Shown piece by piece: positions 24,154 through 35,278 of a stretch of DNA of 64,000 bases. This DNA comes from Trichodelitschia bisporula (Eukaryota): NCBI GenBank assembly GCA_010356995.1, contig ML996698.1, positions 803,923 to 867,922 of the forward strand, in the 5' to 3' direction. A model generated the notes under the pieces. It ran no database searches, was not told where the DNA came from, and saw nothing but the letters and a program-made list of their open reading frames with translations. How positions within the stretch are numbered: the first letter of the stretch is position 1; each line of letters begins with the position of its first letter. The translations under genes and the position numbers were made by a program.

Positions 24154-24378
24154 TGGGTGTAGGTGCTCCCCCACGTGTTTGTGTTTGAGCAAGCGTTAGT
24201 GTTTTGTTGGATACCCTCTTGTGGCAGGATTGGAGGGAGGATGGGCCGCCGAGGTGAAGTGGGGGGCAAGAGGAGGATTTGTTGTCGTGATGGTTGTAGG
24301 TGCTCCCCTCTTGTGTTTGTGTTTGAGCTTGAGCTTGAGCAAGCGTTAGTGTTCGGACGAATACCTCTTGCGGCAGAT
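24084..24378. repeat. Tandem duplication (~137-bp unit) of the MscL-like gene 3' end, stop codon and proximal 3' UTR
   Basis: TGGCAGGAT-GGAGGGAGGATG...GAGGATTTGTTGTCGTGATGG-TGTAGGTGCTCCCC...GTGTTTGAGC..AAGCGTTAGTGTT...ATACC occurs at ~24084-24221 and again at ~24222-24370. Confidence 0.85.
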
Positions 24379-24470
24379 TGCTGTGCGGCAGTACGCCATA
24401 CGTTGCGGCATGCGACATTCCCTTTATAATCCCCGTTGATGGGCATAGTATTATTGAGGGCGAACCCGGG

Positions 24471-24702
24471 GCCACTGTGGCCCAGTGGGACAAACTACCA
24501 ACTTGGCCTTAGCCTACCCCGCAGGGCCCCACAATCCAGCCAGGTCCTGGGTTTGACCCTCGATCCTCGCACAATATTTACTACTATATCACTTACATAT
24601 TGAACAACTTGAAAAACCCCCCAGCTTCAGCTGGCCACTGAAGCTGGGCGGTTTTCGTAGCCCCGAAAGGGGCGAGCCTTTTGCTTCTATGATCTTTTTT
24701 TA
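24471..24702 (+). mobile_element. Possible tRNA-derived SINE-like element / pseudo-tRNA with downstream double hairpin
   Basis: A-box TGGCCCAGTGG (24478-24488) at tRNA position 8 from G24471; degenerate B-box GGTTTGACCC (24550-24559); no acceptor-stem closure; hairpins at 24611-24656 and 24660-24673 (GCCCC-GAAA-GGGGC); T7 run at ~24695. Confidence 0.4.
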
Positions 24703-25075
24703 TGAATTGAACTTTTGTACATTTGCTAATGTCGCATCTTTTTGTGTTGGTGTCTGAACATTGGTGCTCGTTCTTGTCTCATCTTTTGGTGATGACGGTG
24801 GTCCTGGTGTTGACTTGAGACGGAAGCATGGTGGCCCGGCTGCTGCTCTACGGCTACGTTAAGCGATCTCCGTTTTTTTATAAGGTCTACGGATCCCATA
24901 CTGCAGCAAAAGCCTCCGCCTCTTCGTCAGTGTGTACTTGCAGTTGGGCTTGCTGATCATGGATGCCGCCCTCATCGACAGCGATGCTCTGTCTTGTCGA
25001 CCAATCAGGGACCGCCGTTCCGTCTAGCACCCCCTGTCAGCCTCGCCGTCTAGAACTATCTTCTAGCTCTACGAC

Positions 25076-25278
25076 TGATGTCCTGAGGGGCTCACGGCAC
25101 GTGTATACAATATGGTAATTGCGAAGATAGATTGGAAGACGAGGGGAGAGAGAGAGTCAGAGACTTTCGAGGTTTAATCACACGATAACAGGTATCCTCC
25201 TTTGCTCCTTCCTTCCATCATACTTGCATTACATCACGTCCCTGCTTACATAAGAATGCTCCTTCCATAACCACATCA
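25076..25278 (-). mobile_element. Solo LTR (family 1), 203 bp, TGATG...CATCA termini, near-perfect 5-bp TSD ACGAC/ACTAC
   Basis: Same length and termini as 39826-40028, with shared internal blocks (AGAGACT-TCGAG, CCTCCTTTGCTCCTTCCTTCCATCAT, AAGAATGCTCCTTCC). Confidence 0.8.
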
Positions 25279-25295
25279 ACTACCACCAGGTTTTG

Positions 25296-25419
25296 CATCA
25301 CCGCTCAGTTAGCACCATCAATCACACATCACCACTCAATGCCATCACTTAAGTATCACCACTCGGCATCATAGTCAACGTCATCACTCAGCACCATCAC
25401 TCAAACATCACCACAACAT
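25296..25419. repeat. Degenerate ~14-bp tandem repeat (GCATCAYCACTCA-like), interrupted by the insertion at 25420
   Basis: About 8 degenerate units containing CATCAC(C/T)ACTC or CATCACTCA; one more unit (ACATCATCACTCAA) resumes at 25661, right after the inserted element. Confidence 0.6.
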
Positions 25420-25660
25420 TGACAGGCAGGCAGAGATGGCAGTGCTCTAGGGCCCCTACTATGCTCGCATGGTAGCTGCCTTAGGGCCCGGGGAGACCGC
25501 TGGTCTAGGCGGGTAGGCCGGGTGTGTCTGCGCCTGCGTCCTGCCTAGCTAGTAGGAGCCCCCGGGGGTGCGGGCTGGTACATGGACCGGCCTGCCCCCG
25601 CTGCCTAGCTAGTCATGTCATTCTGTTGTTTCCCCCCCCACACCCTGCACTTGCCTTTCA
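25420..25660. mobile_element. Second solo-LTR-like element (family 2), 241 bp, TG...CA termini, 4-bp TSD ACAT
   Basis: Ends TGACAGGCAGG ... CTTGCCTTTCA are imperfect inverted repeats; ACAT at 25416-25419 and 25661-25664; GC-rich interior distinct from the flanks. Confidence 0.6.
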
Positions 25661-26252
25661 ACATCATCACTCAACGCTATCGATCTTGCTCTTCATTTCT
25701 TCAGACGCCCTTATGGGCATCGGGATTGGTAGTACCGACTTCCCCGCTTTATACGCCTCAATATCCAAGGTCCGTCTCTTCTCACAGCCTACTTGGCGGG
25801 CTGGGTGAGGCAGAACCGCCAGGCGAGGATGGAAATCCCTGGGATTTACACTCCAGATGGGTTGGGAGGGCTGCAGTGCGGTCGCTGGTTCTATCAGCAG
25901 AGGACCGGCGCCGACCCGTTGAGAGGCAATGGGGGTTTGCAGCCGACATGGATATGGCAGGGCTGAGCCGACAATGTAAGTTGCTTCAAGTGCACGATTG
26001 TCCGTTGGTTTTGCATGCTTCAACCAGTTGTACTTTCTTGGGTGCCCAATAACCATTGTCAGATGGTAGGACCCCAGGAGCGTCTCCATTGCTGGATCTT
26101 ACCTCTCAGTGCTCTCAATCCAGCGCAATAATTAACAATAAGTCACACAGTCTTCCCCACCGATTCATATACTTCCATCGACCTACGCAGTTATCAATAC
26201 CGAAACCTCCACAAAAGCCACCTAAACGACCTCCTGGCTCCTTGGCCAGCTC

Positions 26253-26836
26253 ATGGACATGAGCTTCTTTTACAAAACCGGAAACATGGTCTTGAAGAAC
26301 TGGCAGAAGCGCCGCGCCGCCATAGTCTCGAATCACCCCTCCCAACCCCTCGGAGCGGACGAGCTAGATCTCAGCGAAAAGATCACAGGCCTAATATTCG
26401 ATCGAGAGATGCGCCAAACATTACTTTACGAATGGCTCATCGAGAAGGGCCTGTGGTCTTCAGCAAGCCAGCCAATCCAACTCGGGGACCCCTCGCAGTG
26501 GCCCCCGCTAATTTCGTCCCCCATCTTCTCCGACAGGCCACATTCGGAACTCGATGTGCTTGCCGGTGGAATGAAAGACGCCATACTGGCGAATATTGCT
26601 GCGCGGAGGGCGAGCCACTGCAACGGTTCAGATTTCTGGAGGCGGATTTGCGCTTCGACCTGTTCCTTGCTAGGATGGAGACGGAAACTCAGGGGCCTGG
26701 GTGCCCGGGTTGGTTTGCGGCTTTGTTCGGTACCGGGATACAGGAGGCGAGGCGCTTGGTGGACCGGGATGAGTGGTTGCTTATCATTCTACTGAATATG
26801 GCGGCGGGGAGGCTTTCTTTCGTGGGGAGGGAGTGA
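26253..26836 (+). pseudogene. Hypothetical protein, apparently frameshifted near 26610-26640
   Basis: Protein-like frame MSFFYK...DAILANIAARR continues plausibly in another frame as FLEADLRFDLFLARMETE...EWLLIILLNMAAGRLSFVGRE. No family recognised. Confidence 0.3.
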
Positions 26837-27216
26837 AGCAGGATGAGATCACGGAAGTTGAGGAGGCGTATGAGGAGGTATACATAGCAATTCTTGCCGC
26901 TCCTTAAAGGAAGCATAGGCTTGCCACGTACAATGCTGCGGTGCGTAGTACAAGTTTGACAAAGGGTGAGGAAGAGAGGAAAGTCGGAGAGCTCGAGATT
27001 AGATACACTGTGGGTGCCAAGTATCCTCCGATGCTCCATCTTCCCATTATGAGCACATCGCCATGTCCCTTCCAAAAGTAACATGCTCCGGCCTCCCATC
27101 GTGCGCACAATACCATGTTTCTTCCCAAGAGTTAGTCAAGGGCTTACGGCATGAATATGTACAAAGATTGTGCTGGATGTGACGTCGGTATTACACGTAC
27201 CATATCGCCTAAGCCC

Positions 27217-28902
27217 CTAACAAGAAATAGAGGCTACCCGTAGAGGAGAGTGAGCATACTCCCACCATCCCTGCCGTCGCCTCTGTCTGGTGGCTGCCCT
27301 AACGAGGTGTAGCGTCGTACGATAGACTTCACCTCCGACATGGAGTACGATGGCTCCGCGTACACCACTGCGTCTTTTGGCCGCCGACCGAGCCATTTCA
27401 AAAAAGACCCATGGGAAGTTGATTGGTGAGCGGAATTCACACTTGTGATAGATGGCTCTATCCAGGCAGTTGTTAGGACACCACTTGAGTTCAATGTTCT
27501 GAAGGGCAGACTGGCAAGCCTCCAATTTGTGAACTGTCTCGGGTATCCAGTGCTTGCGCTCGAGCCCGACACCACCACGGTCCCGAGCATATGTGTCAAA
27601 GATTGCCGCTTGCCAAACTGGGTCTAAGTCCAGATCGATCTCAAGAGTGCGCAGCTTTGGAGCTAGAATCCTGCAGCACATGCTTATTGATGGTGAAGGG
27701 GGGTTGCTCGGAAATTGCAAACTGAGGAACTCCAGATGAGGAAACCCAGAGACGTCTAGGTCGCACATGACCACATTGTGCCGCACATACTCCCCTTGCA
27801 GAGCAACTCTGATTTCAAGTCTTGTCAAGACTTCCGGTAATCATCCAAACCCGGCTGAAAGAAAATGCGGCTGGGAGAAGGCAAGTTGGAAGCGTTGAAG
27901 CAAATGGGGTGCAGGATGATCTCATGCAAAGGCCAATGTCGACTTGTCATGAACTCAAAAAGTTCTTTGTAAGGTATTTTGTTCCTCCCGTCACAGCTTG
28001 TTAGGCGAGCGAGGGGTAGGCTGCCTTTTTGACTGTGACAGGCGATTAGCAACGGAAGAAATGGGAAATCGGGGGGGTGGGGGGGGGTTCGGTAAATGGA
28101 AACGAAAACGAAAACGAAAATCCCGGTATTTGGACATACCGACTGACCTTGGATGAGACTTTTCTATTTCCCATGCTGCCGAGTGGCGGTATGTTAAGCA
28201 GCTCGACTTCGCTCCAGGAATAGACAATCAGCCCATCAGTGAATACACCATTGCAGCCTAGACGACGCGTACCATTATTGCAGGCTTTGACTCGAAGGCG
28301 TCAAAGATGCTCCAAATTTCCGAGTGCTTCGAAGGCCACCATCAAGACCCGCCCGGCACCGTGTCTGTCAGAGAAGCCATACCGCGGTGATTTGAATTCG
28401 ATTATCTTGACTTCGTGAACATTCCATAGCCAAGTGAGAATGTCCCTGGTGGACAGCAACTCATGGTCATAGAGTTGAGTGCTGTCTTGAGTTCATAGTA
28501 GCCGGCGCAAATGACGAGTCTTTTGCAGAGCTTCCGGAGTTCTGGATTAGCTTTCAGCGAGCGATGCAGCAGCTCTGACCCATTCCGATGTCGCGGGTGG
28601 TTGGGATTGTTCGAGGTTCGGAAGACATCCACAGGGTTATTTCGCCCGACTTCGTAGCAGATGGTACCGTAGAGTAGAACATATGCAACTTCACGAAACC
28701 TCTCACAGACACCATCGATCTTGCGATAGTCCCTTTTTTCTAAGTGATGGGTGATAAACTCCATGCGGTAACTTTCCCTACGGCAGAAGATCGAGCTTTT
28801 CTCCGTGTCAGACACCCTGCCAGCCTCCTCAAAAATTAGAAGGAGGAGCTCGGTCGGAAGCTTGAGAATGGGTGCTGGGAGGGGCTTATCGAGGTTCTTC
28901 AT
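27217..28902 (-). pseudogene. F-box / LRR-like protein pseudogene
   Basis: F-box PILKLPTELLLLIFE...VCERFREVAYVLLY, then LLHRSLKANPELRKLCKRL; LRR-like LEHL, FPHLEFLSL and APKLRTLEIDL in shifted frames. Frameshift near 28470, an in-frame stop near 28303, and an intron ~28034-28139 containing (GAAAAC)n and G-runs. Confidence 0.7.
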
Positions 28903-30356
28903 TGCCGAAGAGTGTGGATTGAAGAGACGGTAGAAGCTGTTGCAAAGGATATAGAGGCGCATGTAGAGGTTGCTGCATGACTTTTCGTCGAGGTCCACCT
29001 CGGTTTTAAAGGGCCAGATTGCGAGTCCCTTGGGGAGGCGTTGAACGGGACCGCGTCAGCATCGTCGTCATCTTGCTCATAGTTCTCCGGCGATCTTGTC
29101 AACCGTATCAAAGACGAAGCCAGCTCTCGTGAGGCAACATCGGCCCGAGTTGCTATATGGCAACGAGGGTCCATAAGAACCAACAGGCTTAGCTGGGTGT
29201 CCTGCTGGCCTCTTAGTAATCCCTTGGGTCCTGAAGCCGTAAGGTAAGAAGATGCCGCAGTCCATGACCACTTGGTGACTTATCCTGCGTGCGCTGCTGT
29301 TCAATCAGCGTCAAAACTTAGATGCAGGCAACTGGCTCGTTTCGTAGGTGGCAAGTTAACCCGTAAATTAGGGAATTGTAAGAGAGACGCGTGGCCTATC
29401 CGGCAACGGAGCCTTCTGTCCTCTGATGCTCATCGTCTCGATAACCGCGCAAGTACCTCTCAATCGAGGGTGTCAGGCCATCATAGCGTCCTCTCATGAG
29501 AGCTGGGGCCGACGCTCTCCCACAAGTTCGACTGCACCACTCTCCGGAAGCTGTTACCTGCTTGCCACCTTCTTTGGTCATACACGTGTCGTGTACCTTC
29601 GTTGTCAGCGATGAACCTAAGAAGCTCACCGTACATTCCGACGCCGCGCCATACCTCATGATTTGCAATATCGTTCAATACCGGGTACCGACTACGCGAT
29701 GACGCCGTCACGCCAGGGTTCAGCACCGAACAGCTGTACTGGCAGTAAATCTCTCAGAAGTCAAGTATTTCCGGTAGGCGCTATGCCTCACACCTATGGT
29801 TAGTCAAATGCAAGCGGAAGACGTGTCGTTGCGGTACTACCATACGTATGCAGGTTGTTTGTGGAGTGACGTCGAGCTCCGGCCCAACCACCTTGCGTCG
29901 GCCGGTACAACCCCCAAGGCTGACTAACCAGGCACACGTCACGGTTCCCCACAATCCCCCAGTCCCAGAAAGAAACACCAAGCGCGCGGCAGACCCTCCA
30001 TGGAATCGAGTACTCGATCAATTCACTATAGACATTACGCGGTTGGCTGGCGGGATGTGGGTGCCCGTTCTCGCATACAGGATTCCGCACGAATACGAGG
30101 AGAGCTGCGCATCGGCATACCGCCGCGGTCACCCGACCCGAGTACCGGCCCGAGCAGCAGCATCTCGGCATCCACCTCAGACCCTCTCCCTCGCTCCCAC
30201 ACCTCAACCGCCGCTTATCCCAATAACCCAACCCACGACACAGTCATCACAAAAGTCTGTTTTAGTAAACCCGCTCCACCCATGCCGCTCCAGCCATGCT
30301 GCTCATCAAATCCGTACAAACGCCCCATTCCCTCCGCAAAGCACCCCCAGCCCAGC

Positions 30357-31003
30357 CTACAGTACATCCCTCCTCTCATGACGTTCCCGATGCCTTCTGC
30401 TCCACTCCTCCTCCTCCCGTTCCTCAGGCCTTCTCCAACTCTCCTCATCCTCCCTCCGCCACCTCTCCAACCTCTCCTCACGCGCCTCCACCACCACACC
30501 AGCAGACGTAGCCGCTTCCTCCCCCTCCGTGGTTACCACCCCGCCNNNNNNNNNNNNNNNCCCCCCCCAATCCCCCTCACTCCTCCTATCCAAGCTATCC
30601 CTCCCATTCTCAGTCGCCCTCCTCAGTGGGTGAACACGCCTGGATATAAGATAAATCAGGATAAGCCCCAACGATAGCGCAAGCAAGATTCCCCCCACTA
30701 TAGACCCTAATATCACACCCAGAAACGTGCCGTTAGATAACGACGGGACTACGCGGTGCGAGTGCGGTGGCGAGGATGTAGCTGCCGCGGCGACGGTCGT
30801 GGAAGATGCGGCTTCGGATGTCAGGGCCGCGGTGTGCGGGACGGAGGTTGGACTGGCGTCGTGGAGCGTGGACGCAAGACTCGGCGTAGACGTCGTCGGG
30901 CCTGAGTGATGTCGGCGCTGGTCACCCCGGCCACTAGAACTAGCGCGAGGCTCACGAAGACGACAAAAAGCACGACCCGCGGAGGTCGTGCGCCGCGGGG
31001 CAT
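30357..31003 (-). pseudogene. Ser/Thr-rich single-pass (type I) membrane protein with a 1-nt frameshift after the signal peptide (or sequencing error); assembly gap at 30546-30560
   Basis: Signal peptide MPRGARPPRVVLFVVFVSLALVLVAG is out of frame by 1 nt with SGPTTSTPSLASTL...LSNGTFLGVILGSIVGGILLALSLGLILIYLISRR and an acidic/Arg tail. Paralog of 31667-32491. Confidence 0.6.
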
Positions 31004-31666
31004 GGTGATGTGCATCCGTAGAGGGAGAGAAGGAGCACTCATGGGTCGTGGTATTTGAGGTCTGCATCCATTCCTTCACCGCATCCCCATCCCCACAGCC
31101 TCAGCCCTCCCTTAAAAATTCCAAAACACAAATCCAGCCCAGCCCCATCGCAAGGATCACCCCGCCGCCGTTACGCCACCCCACATCCGCACACCGCTTC
31201 AACCACTCACACGCCATCTCTCCGAGCACCACATGCAACCCCTCCCCGCCATCGCACATGGCATGCGTCCATGCTCCCGTCCCGTCTCACGTCCCGAAGC
31301 GGAAAGCTAGCTCGCGCAATTGTAAGGTTAGTCGCGCGATCAGCGTATCAATTCGATATCACGACACCACAGCGCAATGCGCACCGCACAACAGTACCAT
31401 AAACTCCAATTCCCAATTGCAGCTCAATCCGCACGCGGTCACCGCTCCTCAATATCTACAACCCCTCGTGCACACCGTCCCGTCCGCAACGCCCATCCCA
31501 GCGCCACCGCACAAAAAGCACACCCCGCATCCCAGCAACTCCTGACCCGTGCGCCTGCCCCAGCATGGGAGCATAACAATCCCAGAAACCCAGAAAATCA
31601 AAAACCCTCGACAACAAATAACCCACTGCTCCCACCGTCCTCGCGCTCATCCATCTATTTCTCACT

Positions 31667-32491
31667 ATGCCACGGGCCGCACCACAACGAGCCACGCTCT
31701 TCCTCCTCCTCAGCCTCGCCCTAGCGGCAGTCGCGCAGAACAGCACGAGCACCACGCTCCCTTCAGGCCCAGTGCCATCGTCGAGTCCCGCCTCCACGCT
31801 CCCTTTCCCTGAGAGCAGTCTCGCCGCACCAAAACCAAGCACAAGCCCACCTTCAACACTAAGCACCATCACACACACCTCAAAAACCTCATCCTCATCA
31901 ACCCCAACCTCAACGCCCCCACCCCGCCCCCAGCGCCCAAAGCTATCCACCGGCGCACTAGTAGGCGTCGTTCTCGGCGCAACAGCCGGCTTCATCCTGC
32001 TCGTGTTATTAGTGTATGCGCCTGTTGTCGCGGGGACAAGGAGGGCGGTTGCGGATGGAAGGATTACGCCGATGATTGGGAGGAGGAGGGGACGGTCTGT
32101 ACGGTCGTCGGATGAGGAGGGGAGTTTGGCGGGGGAGGGCAGGGGGGAGGAGAAGGGAGTGGGGGTTGGGGTGAGGGAGGTTGAGGGGGATGAGAGGGAG
32201 AGGGGGACGGAGAGTGATAGTGTGAAGAGTGGGATTGAGGTTGGGAGACGGGATGAGGGGTGTGAAGGTGCGCGGGGTGTTGGTGTGGCGGTGACGGCGG
32301 CGGGGGATGAAGCGGCTGAGGTTATTGGTGTGGCGGTGACGATGGATGAAGCGGAGACGAGAGCCGGGGAGGACGAAAACTCCGAAGATGATGATGAGGA
32401 CGAAACGTCAATGGAGGAGCATGCCATGGAGGCAAGAGCGGGTGGCAAGGCAGTGCAGGTCGTAGTTAGGGGCGAGGAGAAAAGGCTGTGA
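31667..32491 (+). CDS. Ser/Thr/Pro-rich type I membrane protein (Mid2/Wsc-like architecture), 274 aa
   Basis: Signal peptide MPRAAPQRATLFLLLSLALAAVA, S/T/P stalk, TM LSTGALVGVVLGATAGFILLVLLVY, acidic cytoplasmic tail. Confidence 0.75.
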   Translation: MPRAAPQRATLFLLLSLALAAVAQNSTSTTLPSGPVPSSSPASTLPFPESSLAAPKPSTSPPSTLSTITHTSKTSSSSTPTSTPPPRPQRPKLSTGALVGVVLGATAGFILLVLLVYAPVVAGTRRAVADGRITPMIGRRRGRSVRSSDEEGSLAGEGRGEEKGVGVGVREVEGDERERGTESDSVKSGIEVGRRDEGCEGARGVGVAVTAAGDEAAEVIGVAVTMDEAETRAGEDENSEDDDEDETSMEEHAMEARAGGKAVQVVVRGEEKRL

Positions 32492-33154
32492 TGCTGGACG
32501 TGCAAAATGCGGGGACGGACGGCGGAGGAATGGCTACTGCGGAGCTGGGCAGCATAGGAGCAGGCATTGCGAACAGGCAAACAAGGGGTGGATAGGCTGG
32601 ACCAGGACTCGTTCGCGGCGGGAACTGCGTGTCTATACGAATTCGATTTTACAGATGTGTCTGCAACGGTTTTATGTCAGACTCTTGAGATGATAGCATC
32701 ATGGGCAAGGTTATTGGGATTACCGTTCCTCGGCCGCATAACATGACATTAGGCCAATTCGGCCGACATCCGGTCTTGCCGTTGGAGGTTGTTCGAGTGT
32801 TACAGTGCCCGTGATGTGGCAGGCCTGATCGGGCTCTCTTGCTTCGATGGGTGACGCCATTTGTCTTGTTCGCTGGGCATGCCAGCAACTTGAGCCGACC
32901 CGTCCCGGCCCATTCCGTGATGTCGCTCGCAAACTCCGGACTCGTGGTCTGCAGGCAGTCGGGTTCCTAGGCTCGACTTTCTCCTCTCAAACGCCCGTCC
33001 TCCTCCTTTCGCCACTTGGAGGGCCCATTCCTCGGCTAGCTGATTGCCATGCACGCTGGAAGATCCTCGAGGTCCACGGGAGCGAGCTGGAAGTAACTGA
33101 AGCCAGCCCTCAAACCACCAGTGGACGGACAGTTTTCACATGAGTCAATCCAGC

Positions 33155-35278
33155 TCACCAGATGGACATGTAGGTCATCTGCACCTTCTCCAACGCCGGT
33201 GGCCGCTCATGCATATACCCATGCAGATACGCATCACCAACAAGACGATACTTCTTGCCTTCAATCCTCCGTAGCACAAACGGCAGCTGACACTCTTGAA
33301 AATAGCAGAGCACGTCGCCTTCGCACGCCGTAGCGGGGACCCATCCCATCAACCCGTCCTTGGATGCAAAAAACTTACGCCCCACGCTGAACGTCCGAAA
33401 CGCCGAACTGAAGCGCTCCGCACCTTTGATCTGGTTCTGCAGTGTCCCGAGCTTCCAAAACAATCCAAAAACCCCGCGGAGCCACTCCCACCAGCTCCAC
33501 AGTGAGCGCTTGGGTGGATCGGCCCCGCCCGATCCAGCGGCGGCATCACGTTTGACCGAGTCTGCAAACTCGTTAAACGTACCAAAGACCGAGGCCCACA
33601 ACGAGTAGGCCCTCTTCATGTCGGCAGGCGCCGCGACGCCACGCTCTTCGCGGTTGAAGATCAACGTCCGCCAGTAGGCGTCGAAGATGTGCTCCCCTGT
33701 AGGGTAGGGGTCGAGGGTGGTCGCGAGCTCCCAACATGCGTCATCCCATCCTTCCATTTCGCGGGTGTTGCGGATAAGACCATCAATGTCATTTGCGGTT
33801 GTGGGGGCGAGATAGGGCATTTGGTGGATGATGGTACCGACGGTGTCGAAGACTTGGCCGATGAGGTACAGTTCCTGGGAAGATCAGTACCGGTCAATGT
33901 GCATGTCGCTCGTGCTTTTGAGGCAGCTCACATTTGACAGGCCCACACGCTGTAACACCGGCACATGTGGTATCTCGTCGAATAAATAGTATGTGCAGCC
34001 AAGGCTGTTTGTGTACCGGAAGTCACTCGTCCAGTCAGGAACCCACGACGGCAGGTCTTCCGAATGATGCGCAGAGTCAACATACGACAGCCATAGCGTC
34101 GAACTGCTCAAGGCATGCCTTATGATATACTTGGCCAAGTCAATTTGAACATCGGCGAGGGGCTTGTCATAGTTGATATAGCCTTCGACAAAGCTAGGAT
34201 TGATGTCACCGGCCAGATTCACTAGAGCAAAAATCTTGTCGCGCGGTTCAGTGGCGTTAAAAAGCCTAGTATGATTCAGCAGCTCCAACAGGCTCGGCTT
34301 GTCGACCAAGAGTTTGATACCACGTAAAAACCACAGGCTGCTGACTGAGGGCGCAAGATGCAAGTGCGAAGACCAAAGGTCCTGCACGCCAGAGAGAGAA
34401 GTTTGCGTTGCAGCATACGCTGGATCCGGCCGCAGGCTCGCATTCGGCAGATGGGAATGCATCACTTCGCTGATGCAGTGATACGTCTCGATAGCGCCTG
34501 CTGCGCCAAAGAGGATATCCCGATCGACCACGAGATCTCCGCACTGTACGATGCACCACTCGGCGAGCAGAATTTCCTGAACAATCCAGATTCGGAAGAA
34601 ATAAGGACGGTATAGGAACCTGAACAAAGCCGCCCAGTCCGGATGCTCCAAGGGCGGAAGACGGAGCTGCGAGAGTGACCTAAACTTCTGGACTGTGAAG
34701 TCCTTAATCGACGGATTCCCACAGCGAAGGGTTATCAGAGACATTAAGGCGAAAGCTTGTGCGTCAGTCTCTTGCTTCTCGCCGATATATGCAATGACAA
34801 GGTCAGCACCCTGGTATATGCTCCCCATCATCTTCACCTGCTTCGATTTCTCGACATTGTGGGCCTGGTTGATGCAGAGCGCGTCGGCCCAAAGCAACTC
34901 GGTGCGGCCGTCTTTTCTGATTTGTCGAAGGGCCGCAAACAGATTTTGTCTAATTTCGACGGGCTGGCCATTGCAGATGATGGTATGTGTCGAGGTTGGG
35001 TCGCCCCATGTGTAGGAGAGGGCGTTGTAGGCCGGTGCCTCGGACAGAGGCTTGACGACCAGTGAGCAGCGGACTTCATCCACATTTGGTCCGTCTTCGA
35101 ACTGAATGAAACGAACTCCAGTCCGGGGAAGAATCGGTTCATAGAGAAACCCGCGGTCTCGCGACGACACGAAATCGCTCTCCCTCAGCTCGGGATGCAA
35201 CGAGCAGGGGAAAAGGTGCTTAACACGACTGTGCTCCGCACACTCGGGACAAATCAAGTCTGCGGTCGGCTCGTCCAT
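33155..35278 (-). CDS. HET-domain protein of the HET-6-like class, 2 exons (intron 33875-33931)
   Basis: YNALSYTWG, NLFAALRQIR, LWADALCINQ..N.EK..QV.MM.SIY..A..VIAYIG, RPYFFRIWIVQE, ATEPRDKIFAL, LPSWVPDW, and C-terminal GRKFFAS.DG.MG.VP....GD....Q...PFVLR......YRLVGDAYLHG.M. Confidence 0.93.

Noticed and set aside
30546..30560. Run of 15 N
   Set aside because: Assembly gap next to a C homopolymer, not a biological feature; it leaves the tail frame of the 30357-31003 gene uncertain.
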